Source of the DNA: a candidate division TA06 bacterium
Lineage (GTDB): Bacteria > Hydrothermota > DG-26 > E44-bin18
Length of the DNA stretch: 64,000 bases
Direction of reading: 5' to 3'
Assembly: GCA_004376575.1 (NCBI GenBank)
Contig: SOJN01000148.1
Coordinates: 2-64,001, forward strand
Position numbers and translations under genes: made by a program. Position 1 is the stretch's first letter, and the number at the start of each line of letters is the position of its first letter. A model generated the notes under the pieces. It saw nothing but the letters and a program-made list of their open reading frames with translations, was not told where the DNA came from and searched no databases. This document shows, piece after piece, positions 18,294-26,109 of the stretch.

Positions 18294-19268
18294 CTATCGC
18301 CTCATACGCACATAGCTCTCATACCTCCGCTCAGCTATGTCTCCTGTTTTCACGGCCTCTTTCACTGCACACCCTGGCTCATGTGTGTGACTGCAGTCAA
18401 GACCAAATCGACATTGTCCTATGTAGGGCCGCATCTCGCGAAACAGATTGGCCATATGCTCGTCATCGATATTCCACAGACCCAGCTCTCTCATTCCCGG
18501 CGTATCAACAACACTGCCCCCGAAGTCCAGCTCAAACATCTCAAGATGACTCGTTGTATGCTTCCCCTTCCTTGTAGCTTCGCTCACCTCCTTCACGCGA
18601 AGGTCAAGGCCTGGCTGGATTGCGTTAAGCAATGTCGTCTTGCCTACGCCGGACTTGCCGAGGAAGACAGATACACGACCCTTCAAAGCCTCCTTAGCTT
18701 CCTCCAGGCCCAGGCCAGTAACCGCACTGGTCCTGACGACTGGATAGCCTATGTCTTCGTAGACAGAGAGTTCCTCCTCGACCTCTTCCCCCTTTGCCAA
18801 ATCCATTTTCGTCATACAGATGAGTACCGGAACCTCAGCCGCTTCCGCGTCTGTCAGGTAACGATCCAAGAGCCGCCACTTCGGCTTGGGACGAGCAACT
18901 GAAAAGACCGGCACAACCTGGTCTATGTTTACGACAATGACTTGTTCGCGGAGCTTGCGTCCAGCAGCCCGACGACTCAATTTCGTTTCCCTGTGCTGGA
19001 CCTCAGTTATCAAGCCAGATCCATCACCTGCATCAAGGAAGCTGACTATGTCCCCGACTGCAATTGGATCGACGGTCCTGATGTCCTTTACTGACACAAC
19101 ATGGGGTCGAATAGAGCTGGGGTCAGCAACCGGATAGATGAGACGCTTCCGTAACTTACTTGAGATGGAGCATGCCACAGTCCGGCCATCCGCCTTCACA
19201 AAATACTGGCCCAGGCTCTTCTTGAATACTCTTCCAGATTTCATATCTCCTGTATGGCTATTGTCCAT
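18294..19268 (-). CDS. rsgA: Ribosome small-subunit-dependent GTPase A (RsgA/YjeQ)
   Basis: GKSGVGKTTLLN P-loop and circularly permuted GTPase order (VVNIDQVV...LICMTKMDL before the P-loop). C-terminal zinc-finger cysteines CRFGLDCSHTHEPGC. Start refined to the ATG at 19268 with GGAGAG RBS. Confidence 0.85.
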   Translation of the reverse strand: MDNSHTGDMKSGRVFKKSLGQYFVKADGRTVACSISSKLRKRLIYPVADPSSIRPHVVSVKDIRTVDPIAVGDIVSFLDAGDGSGLITEVQHRETKLSRRAAGRKLREQVIVVNIDQVVPVFSVARPKPKWRLLDRYLTDAEAAEVPVLICMTKMDLAKGEEVEEELSVYEDIGYPVVRTSAVTGLGLEEAKEALKGRVSVFLGKSGVGKTTLLNAIQPGLDLRVKEVSEATRKGKHTTSHLEMFELDFGGSVVDTPGMRELGLWNIDDEHMANLFREMRPYIGQCRFGLDCSHTHEPGCAVKEAVKTGDIAERRYESYVRMRR

Positions 19269-20067
19269 TCTTTTTGCTCTCCTTTCTATGTGCAACCATG
19301 CGCACAAAGCCAATGTACTGACCACGATCAGCCTCCAGAACCTCCACATCGGATGGAAACTTCTTGGTGCCGGTGGCATGGATCGCCTTCTCATGCTGGA
19401 GCCAGACCTTCCAGCCATCTGGCATTGTGTCCACGAGCTCCACCTGCACCAAGCCAGTCTGCTCCCATAGCCGACGCCACCACGTTGTCGTGTGGAAGCT
19501 GAAGCACTCACTAGGGTCCCAGAAAACACCTCCACTCTTCTGTTTCTTCGTCAAGTATTCTGGTAGAGTGTCACTTTCAAAATCGCGCATCAATCCAGGG
19601 ACCATGATGCCGATCTGTCTCCCGGTCCTGACAAACCTGACGAAATACTTGAGATAGAGATCGTCAGTGCCATAGTAGTGGTAGGAATCGATGCAGACAA
19701 TCGCATCAAAGAACTCTTCAGCGTACGGGAGTGAGTGAGCTTCGGCATGGATTGGAAAGACCTGATCCTCAAGCCCCGCATCGCGAATCCGCTTCCAATT
19801 GTCTGCAGCCTCGATCCAGAGGTCGGTCGCCCATACCTGAACGCCAAACTCTCTCGCCAGAAAAATCGAACTCAGAGCTTTCCCGCAACCCATATCCAGC
19901 ACTCGCATGCCAGGCTTCAATTCCATGTCACTGCACAGCCACTCAGCAAGCCAGAGTGAACTTGGCCCCATTTGATTCTCCAACACCCATTCAGCATCGT
20001 ACTTCGAAGACATTGGGAACTGCTCAAGCTTCAGCATTGACGCCAGATCTCCTTTGCTTGGACTCAT
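19258..20067 (-). CDS. Class I SAM-dependent methyltransferase
   Basis: VLDMGCGKALSSIFLA motif. Start refined to the ATG at 20067 (AGGAGA RBS 8 nt upstream). Confidence 0.7.
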   Translation of the reverse strand: MSPSKGDLASMLKLEQFPMSSKYDAEWVLENQMGPSSLWLAEWLCSDMELKPGMRVLDMGCGKALSSIFLAREFGVQVWATDLWIEAADNWKRIRDAGLEDQVFPIHAEAHSLPYAEEFFDAIVCIDSYHYYGTDDLYLKYFVRFVRTGRQIGIMVPGLMRDFESDTLPEYLTKKQKSGGVFWDPSECFSFHTTTWWRRLWEQTGLVQVELVDTMPDGWKVWLQHEKAIHATGTKKFPSDVEVLEADRGQYIGFVRMVAHRKESKKNGQ

Positions 20068-20390
20068 TTTGTTTCTCTCCTTTCTGTAGATTGAAAGGGC
20101 CGCGAAATCCTTCTCCCGCGGCACATCAGACACTCCATCTGGTCAAATAAAAAACCGCGGACGTTCGTCACGCCTGCGGCTTGGGTATAAAAGAAACGGC
20201 CGCCTCTTCCGGGGCGGTCGCCAGCTTTCAATCAAGAAAACAAACTAACAGCCAATACTCCCGGGGCGTGACAACACCAGAATCTCTATTCTCGCATGCA
20301 TAAGTCACGCCTCCTTTCCAAACGGACCAACAGAACAACTACCGAAACGCCAAAAATATACACCCTCTCCTCAAAATGTCAAGCGGAAAC

Positions 20391-20450
20391 TCCTGGACTC
20401 GGGGGACAGCCCCCGTGTATCTCGCTTTGCGAGAGACGGGGCAGGCATGG
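20391..20450. repeat. Intergenic repeat family A (A2 sub-element: CCCCGTGTATCTCGCTTTGCGAGAGACGGGGCAGGCATGG)
   Basis: Imperfect palindrome. Near-identical copies at 21611-21650 and, reverse-complemented, at 30170-30219. Confidence 0.65.
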
Positions 20451-20637
20451 ATTTTTTGGACTTTTGACCATCTGTCTCATCGGGCCGGGGCGGGGTGTGG
20501 ATTTTCGATCTTCTATTTCCATCCGTCCTGGTTCTTAGCGGTTACCGCGAAAATGTAAAAGTGTCACGCCTGGCACCCGGGTTTGATGGGAAGTAAGGGG
20601 CGTATTGGGCGATAAGCTAAAAACTTGCAGTTTTCTC

Positions 20638-20666
20638 TTGACAGACTTCGCGAAGTAGCCTATATT
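20638..20666 (+). promoter_or_regulatory. Sigma70-like promoter TTGACA-17-TATATT; the spacer holds the perfect palindrome CTTCGCGAAG, and direct repeats TGGTTACCG x2 lie downstream
   Basis: Consensus hexamers with 17-nt spacing about 170 nt upstream of the regulator gene. The 10-bp palindrome overlaps the spacer. Tandem GGTTACCG repeats are at 20691-20715. Confidence 0.35.
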
Positions 20667-20837
20667 TTGTATGAGAGTTTATGGTTACCGATATTGGTTA
20701 CCGGGAAGCCCAAGACCCTGAAACCACGAGATTACACGAGATTAACACAGAGAAACCTTTATCCTAGGAACAAAACCAGAATATGAGAAATCTTGTAGTA
20801 ATCTGTGAAATCTGTGGTTTCAGATTGTGGGGTTGAG

Positions 20838-21506
20838 ATGACTGAAAACGACGTAGAGGCCAAGATATTTGGGGTTCTGCAGAAGTCTGCTGAGGGGTTG
20901 CAGAGTGAGGAGATCGCCGCCAATCTGGGTCTCACCCGCCACACTGTTGCCAAATACCTTGAGGTCCTCAGAGCCAAGAACAAAATCCACTACAGAAAGG
21001 TGGGCAGAACGAAGCTCTGGAAGACCCTCTTCGCAGACATCCACATCCGCTCGCTTGAAAAAGGCGACGTAGACACGATACTTGAAATAATGTCGAACAT
21101 CGGTCGTCCGACAGCAGGAGAAGAAGAAGAATCTCTATCATACTTAAGAGAGACGGTGGAGCGTCACATAGAGAGAAATGAACCCTTGATGAACCTTGGC
21201 GCAGAGCTTGACAAGAGACTGGTCGGCTTCGTCATGGGTGAGATAAGGGCGTGGGAATTCGGCCAAAGGGAGAAGACGGGCTGGATAAAGGTTCTTGGTG
21301 TTGATCCAGACTATCAGGGAATGGGAGCCGGGAGGAAGCTTGGAGAGGCACTCCTTTCCAACTTCAAAGCGAGCGGAGTAGCCAGGGTCAGGACGCTGGT
21401 TAACTGGTACGAAGGTGACCTTCTCTCCTACTTCAGGACTCTCGGTTTCAACACGCTGAACATCATACCGCTTGAAACAAAGGTCACCACGAGGGATCGA
21501 ATATGA
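20838..21506 (+). CDS. Winged-helix (MarR/ArsR-like) DNA-binding domain fused to a GNAT acetyltransferase domain; candidate regulator of the adjacent bzd operon
   Basis: N-terminal ...QSEEIAANLGLTRHTVAKYLEVLRAKNKIHYRKVGRTKLWK resembles a wHTH. C-terminal GNAT-like region. Start chosen at MTENDV (20838). Confidence 0.55.
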   Translation: MTENDVEAKIFGVLQKSAEGLQSEEIAANLGLTRHTVAKYLEVLRAKNKIHYRKVGRTKLWKTLFADIHIRSLEKGDVDTILEIMSNIGRPTAGEEEESLSYLRETVERHIERNEPLMNLGAELDKRLVGFVMGEIRAWEFGQREKTGWIKVLGVDPDYQGMGAGRKLGEALLSNFKASGVARVRTLVNWYEGDLLSYFRTLGFNTLNIIPLETKVTTRDRI

Positions 21507-21561
21507 AGCAGATTCTTCGGCCTTCGACAAACTCCCCTCGATGCTCTCCCCTCGACTTCTC

Positions 21562-21650
21562 TCGGGAGACCGTGAAACGGCCGCTCGTAAAACGAGCCGG
21601 GCGGGCAGGCCCCGTGTATCTTGCTTCGCGAGAAACGGGGCAGGCAGGCC
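21562..21650. repeat. Intergenic repeat family A, full tandem copy (A1 CTCGGGAGACCGTGAAACGGCCGCTCGTAAAACGAGCCGGGCGGGCAGG + A2 CCCCGTGTATCTTGCTTCGCGAGAAACGGGGCAGGCAGG)
   Basis: A1 is nearly identical to 70-117. A2 matches 20412-20450 and the reverse complement of 30170-30219. Both halves are imperfect palindromes. Confidence 0.7.
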
Positions 21651-21694
21651 TCAGAATGACACGGATGAAGTAGGACAGAACCTCTGACAGGAGA

Positions 21695-22825
21695 ATGAAG
21701 ATGAAGGAGATGTTCAAGGAGTTTTACGAAGCCAGGCATGAGTACGCCAAGGAATGGAAGAAGAAGAACCGCGGCAAAGTAATGGGTTATTTCTGTACAT
21801 ACGTGCCAGAGGAGATGCTTTACGCCGCGGGAGTTCTTCCGGTCCGAATTCTGGGAAGCCATGAACCCCAGGACCTGACCGAACCTCACATCTTTGGGAT
21901 GTTCTGCCCGTTTTGCAGAGACTGTCTGGCTCAGGGTTTGAAGGGAAGGTTCGACTACCTGGATGGTATAATGATAGCTCAGTCCTGCCTGCACGTGAGG
22001 CAGGCCTACACTTCGTGGGACCTTCACATACCTACAGAGTACTCATACTATCTCTCCACACCTCATCACGTTCAGTCTCCTCGGGCTATCCCCTACCTGG
22101 CAGGTGAACTGGAGGATTTCAAAAAGTCACTCGAAGGGTGGCTGGGCAAGAAGATAACTGATGCGAACCTTGACAAAGGTATCCAAATCATGAACACAAA
22201 CAGATCGCTCCTGCGAGAACTATACGAGCTCAGAAAACAGGAAGCGCCGCCTCTCACAGGGCTCGATGCGATGTATGCTGTTGTTTCAGGCCAGATGATA
22301 GACAAGGTTGAACACAACCGCATACTTGAGGACACATTGAAGAGTCTAAAGAACAAACAGCCTGAAAGGCCAACAGGAAGCAGACTGATGCTAATAGGCA
22401 GCGAAGATGACGATACAGGCTTTATAGAGATGGTGGAATCCCTGGGAGCCACTTTTGTAATAGATGACCACTGCACTGGTTCGCGCTATATCTGGGAAGA
22501 CGTAAAACCTAACGGAGACAGATTGACTGCAATAGCAGAAAGATACGTCAAACGAGTACCATGCCCCACAAAAGATTGGCCGCTGAGAAACCGCCTTCCT
22601 CACATTCTCAAACTTGCAAAGGAGTACAAGGTGGAAGGTGCAGTCATCGCTCAACAGAAGTTCTGTGACCCGCACGAACTGGACATACCCGCAATCAAAA
22701 AGCTGCTCGAAGAGAATAGCATACCCACCTTATTCCTTGAGTTGGATGTGACTGTTCCCATTGGACAGTTCAAAGTCCGGGTTGAAGCATTCCTGGAGAT
22801 GCTGAGCGAAGAAGATCTATTCTGA
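21695..22825 (+). CDS. bzdN: Benzoyl-CoA reductase (class I, Bzd-type) gamma subunit, BcrC/BadD/BzdN-like (HgdA/B family)
   Basis: 376 aa, HgdAB/BcrBC family (…[21 protein letters not shown]…). First gene of the 4-gene set gamma-beta-delta-alpha followed by ferredoxin, as in the bzdNOPQM order. Confidence 0.7.
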   Translation: MKMKEMFKEFYEARHEYAKEWKKKNRGKVMGYFCTYVPEEMLYAAGVLPVRILGSHEPQDLTEPHIFGMFCPFCRDCLAQGLKGRFDYLDGIMIAQSCLHVRQAYTSWDLHIPTEYSYYLSTPHHVQSPRAIPYLAGELEDFKKSLEGWLGKKITDANLDKGIQIMNTNRSLLRELYELRKQEAPPLTGLDAMYAVVSGQMIDKVEHNRILEDTLKSLKNKQPERPTGSRLMLIGSEDDDTGFIEMVESLGATFVIDDHCTGSRYIWEDVKPNGDRLTAIAERYVKRVPCPTKDWPLRNRLPHILKLAKEYKVEGAVIAQQKFCDPHELDIPAIKKLLEENSIPTLFLELDVTVPIGQFKVRVEAFLEMLSEEDLF

Positions 22826-22835
22826 GGAGGATAAG

Positions 22836-24143
22836 ATGGCGAAGTATGAAACTGAACGGCTGAAGTGCTGGAACAAGGCGAAAGAGTTGAGAAAGAATTT
22901 CTACGAAGATTACGCGAAAGCCCATGAAAAGGGTGGCATAAGATGGGCTGGAGGTGCGTGGTCCATAGGTTCGATTCCGGCCGGACTGGGAAGAGACGTC
23001 TACCCGATCACTTCTGAGCCGTACGCTGCCAGCATTGCATTTGACAGACCCTTCTCAGAAGAATGCCTCGCGGCGATCGAAAAAGAAGGGTATGCCAGGG
23101 ACCTGTGTTCATACATGCGCAACTACTGGGGAAGTGTTTTGTTGAACAAGTACGCCTTTGGCGGAGAGTTTCCCACTCCTGACTTCATCTGGCAGGATCA
23201 TATATGCTGCAGCCACGCAAAATGGTACCAGGTGGTGAAGGACATAGAAGAAAAGGACATACCCTACTTCTGCCTTGATGTGGCTGTTGGTCCTTACAGC
23301 GAGTTGAATGAGAACAAATTGAACTATGTCGTGGGCCAACTGCACGACGCCATCGAATGGATGGAGAAGCTGACAGGCCGGAACTACCAAGACGAACTGC
23401 TCATAGAGGCGGTCAATGATGAGTGCAGATCAACATCTGTCTGGGCTGAGGTGTGCGCGCTGAACAAGGCAATACCAGCACCTCTCGATGAGAAATCCAT
23501 GTATTCGCTTTATGTCCTGGGCACTCTCAAAAAGCACTCCAAGGATATTGCAGACTTCTACGAGGAGTTGAGAGATGAGGTGAAGGACAGAGTTGACCGG
23601 GGTATTGCCGCTGTTGGAAATGAACGGTGCCGGGTGATGACTGACACTCAGCCTCCCTGGGGATTCTTGAAGATATTTAGATATATGGAAAAGTTCGGTT
23701 GCATCTCTGTCGGTTCTCTCTACACCTTTGGCCTCATCGGAATGTGGGAAGACAAACCTGACGGGACGTGGGGGCCCAAGACGACCCCGCAGCAAAAGGG
23801 GATTGAAATCAAGGACAGGGATGAGGCCTTGAGAATCATTGCTGAGTGGAATCTGTCTAAGCCAGAGTGGCAGCACTTCTATCATCCAAAGCACAAGACC
23901 GACATGATGGTGAGAATCGCCAAAGAGTGGAAGCTGGACGGGGTGATGCTTCACTACAACAGGGGATGCGAGGGATTGAGCATTGGGATAGCAGAGAACA
24001 GACTTGGCATACAGGAAGCTGGATTCCCTGTCATGACCTTCGAAGGAAACATGGGAGATGAAAGAGAGTTCGATGAGGCGAAAACCGTGGGTAGAATCGA
24101 CACATTCATGGAAAGTCTCGGATTCAGCAAGGATGAAGAGTAG
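22836..24143 (+). CDS. bzdO: Benzoyl-CoA reductase beta subunit, BcrB/BadE/BzdO-like
   Basis: 435 aa, HgdAB/BcrBC family (…[19 protein letters not shown]…[13 protein letters not shown]…). Size matches BcrB/BzdO. Confidence 0.7.
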   Translation: MAKYETERLKCWNKAKELRKNFYEDYAKAHEKGGIRWAGGAWSIGSIPAGLGRDVYPITSEPYAASIAFDRPFSEECLAAIEKEGYARDLCSYMRNYWGSVLLNKYAFGGEFPTPDFIWQDHICCSHAKWYQVVKDIEEKDIPYFCLDVAVGPYSELNENKLNYVVGQLHDAIEWMEKLTGRNYQDELLIEAVNDECRSTSVWAEVCALNKAIPAPLDEKSMYSLYVLGTLKKHSKDIADFYEELRDEVKDRVDRGIAAVGNERCRVMTDTQPPWGFLKIFRYMEKFGCISVGSLYTFGLIGMWEDKPDGTWGPKTTPQQKGIEIKDRDEALRIIAEWNLSKPEWQHFYHPKHKTDMMVRIAKEWKLDGVMLHYNRGCEGLSIGIAENRLGIQEAGFPVMTFEGNMGDEREFDEAKTVGRIDTFMESLGFSKDEE

Positions 24144-24149
24144 GGGGAT

Positions 24150-24929
24150 ATGATGGTGACAGCAGGAATAGACGTAGGCGCGAAGAGCGTGAAAGTGGTA
24201 TTACTTGAGAGTGGCAAGGTGACGTCCAGGAGTCTCAAAACAATTGGCCTCAACACTGAGGCGGCCATTAACGAAGCCTTTGAAAGCGCCCTCTCCAACA
24301 ACGGAATCAAACGTGAAGAGATCTCAAAGATCATAGCCACAGGCGCGGGCAGAAAAGAGGTGAAGTTTGCCGACGGAGAATTGACAGAAGTCGGTGCCTC
24401 GGCAAAAGGTGCCCACCATCTCCTCGACTCGGCCCGCACTGTGATAGACATTGGAGCTGAGGAAGGTCGGGCCATAAAGGTAAACGAAAAAGGTAAGGTG
24501 GCTGACTTCGCCATAAACGAGAAATGTGCCGCGGGCGCAGGCGCCTTCACTGAAGCGATGTCAAGAGCTCTGGAGGTTGACCTGGAAGACTTCGGAAAGC
24601 TCTCGCTGAAGTCCCAGAAGGCCATTCCCATGAACGCACAGTGTGCTGTGTTTGCAGAAAGCGAAGTCGTTTCTCTTATCCACGCCAAGACCCGCAAAGA
24701 GGACATAGCCCGGGCAGTCCACGATGCGATAGCAGACAGGATAGTTTCTATGGCAAGACGTGTCGGTATCGCAAAGGACGTTATCGTGGTAGGAGGAGTT
24801 GCAAGAAACATTGGTTTCATAGATTCACTGAAACGCACTCTCGAGACTGACGTGGTTGTGCCAGAATACCCTGAGTACGCAGCAGCACTTGGAACCGCCC
24901 TACATGCGGCAGAAACCGGAGGTCAATAA
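24150..24929 (+). CDS. bzdP: Benzoyl-CoA reductase ATPase subunit (delta, BcrD/BadG/BzdP-like; activase-family)
   Basis: 259 aa. GIDVGAKSVK N-terminus and KCAAGAGAF motif. ASKHA ATPase of the HgdC family. Confidence 0.75.
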   Translation: MMVTAGIDVGAKSVKVVLLESGKVTSRSLKTIGLNTEAAINEAFESALSNNGIKREEISKIIATGAGRKEVKFADGELTEVGASAKGAHHLLDSARTVIDIGAEEGRAIKVNEKGKVADFAINEKCAAGAGAFTEAMSRALEVDLEDFGKLSLKSQKAIPMNAQCAVFAESEVVSLIHAKTRKEDIARAVHDAIADRIVSMARRVGIAKDVIVVGGVARNIGFIDSLKRTLETDVVVPEYPEYAAALGTALHAAETGGQ

Positions 24930-25810
24930 TGTCGCAGGATTTCTGGAGATGGACTGAATACAGAAAGACTATGCCTGATGTTGACTGGAAGAAGGCTCAA
25001 ATCCTGACGGCAGGTGTCGATGTGGGATCGGTTAGCTCTCAGGCGGTCGTCATGGCGGACGGGAAGCTCTTCGCGTACAGCAACATGAGGACAGGTTCAG
25101 ACAGTCCGGAGTCTGCTCAAAAAGCGATGGACTGGGCCCTTGAAGAGACAGGACTCACCCTGGATAAAATTCAGTTCACTGTGGGTACAGGATACGGCAG
25201 GGTGAACGTCCCCTTCGCCAATAGGGCGATTACTGAGATTGCATGCCACGCAAGGGGAGCAAACTATTTGTACGGCTCTTCAGTCCGGACTGTTCTCGAC
25301 ATGGGCGGTCAGGACTGCAAGGCGATTCGCTGCGATGAGAGAGGCAAGGTGACAAACTTTCTCATGAACGACAAGTGTGCCGCGGGAACCGGCCGCGGCA
25401 TGGAAGTTTTTGCTGAGCTCCTGCAGGTACCCATAACCGAGATCGGTCAGATGTCTCTGGACATAGACGAAGAACCAGAGCCGGTATCATCGACATGCGT
25501 CGTATTTGCTAAATCTGAGGCGACGGGTCTGCTGAGGGAAGGATGGCCCAAGAACAAGGTGATAGCAGCTTACTGTTCAGCAATGGCTCACCGGATTGTC
25601 ACGCTCCTGGAGAGAATCGGGATTGAAAAGGATTTCGCCATTACCGGTGGCATCGCAAAAAATCCAGGTGTGGTGACACGGTTAAACAAGGAACTGGGCA
25701 TCGAACCACTCAAGACCGAATATGACACGCAAACCGCAGGGGCCATCGGCGGCGCCCTTTTTGGATACGCACTGGTGAAGAAAGGCAAAGCAAAGGCAGG
25801 TGCGAGTTGA
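24929..25810 (+). CDS. bzdQ: Benzoyl-CoA reductase ATPase subunit (alpha, BcrA/BadF/BzdQ-like)
   Basis: 293 aa. GVDVGSVSSQ, IACHARG, KCAAGTGRG motifs. The second, non-identical activase-type ATPase implies a heterodimeric ATPase module as in BCR, not a homodimeric dehydratase activator. Confidence 0.75.
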   Translation: MSQDFWRWTEYRKTMPDVDWKKAQILTAGVDVGSVSSQAVVMADGKLFAYSNMRTGSDSPESAQKAMDWALEETGLTLDKIQFTVGTGYGRVNVPFANRAITEIACHARGANYLYGSSVRTVLDMGGQDCKAIRCDERGKVTNFLMNDKCAAGTGRGMEVFAELLQVPITEIGQMSLDIDEEPEPVSSTCVVFAKSEATGLLREGWPKNKVIAAYCSAMAHRIVTLLERIGIEKDFAITGGIAKNPGVVTRLNKELGIEPLKTEYDTQTAGAIGGALFGYALVKKGKAKAGAS

Positions 25811-26094
25811 TAGCAAACTACGGGTACATGGACGGCAGCGGCCAGTACTTCATAAAGATAGACTCAGACAAGTGCGATGGATGTGGAGACTGTGTGACCG
25901 CGTGCCCGGCTGGGGTCCTTGAGGTGGGTGAAGATGAGAACGACCCATTCCGTGAGGAGCCTGTGGTCAAAGTCACTGAGGATCAACGAAAGAAGATCAA
26001 ATACTCATGCGGGCCCTGTAAGCCTGTTGCCAACAGACCTCCTCTCCCCTGTATGGCAGCCTGCAAGCCCGGAGCGATCGAACACTCCTGGTAA
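25807..26094 (+). CDS. bzdM: 2x[4Fe-4S] ferredoxin, Alvin-like with extended second-cluster loop (BCR electron donor, BzdM/Fdx-like)
   Basis: 95 aa. Cluster 1 CDGCGDCVTACP. Cluster 2 CGPC-x10-C-x3-CKP. TTG start overlaps the bzdQ stop. Confidence 0.75.
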   Translation: MIANYGYMDGSGQYFIKIDSDKCDGCGDCVTACPAGVLEVGEDENDPFREEPVVKVTEDQRKKIKYSCGPCKPVANRPPLPCMAACKPGAIEHSW

Positions 26095-26109
26095 GAGGGG
26101 ACTCCAAAG

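Noticed and set aside
18381-18902. 173-aa + strand ORF overlapping rsgA
   Set aside because: Antisense to the motif-supported RsgA CDS, with no homology signals. It is a frame artefact.
20574-20590. TGGCACCCGGGTTTGAT as a sigma-54 (-24/-12) promoter upstream of the regulator gene
   Set aside because: The -24 GG element fits but the -12 GC is missing (TTTGAT rather than TTGCA). An overlapping good sigma70-type promoter lies at 20638-20666. It is kept only as a weak possibility because rpoN is encoded in the window.
22960-22985. GGTTCGATTCCGG, resembling a tRNA T-loop
   Set aside because: It lies inside the well-supported bzdO-like CDS with no acceptor or anticodon stem context. No tRNA cloverleaf could be built in any intergenic region of the window.
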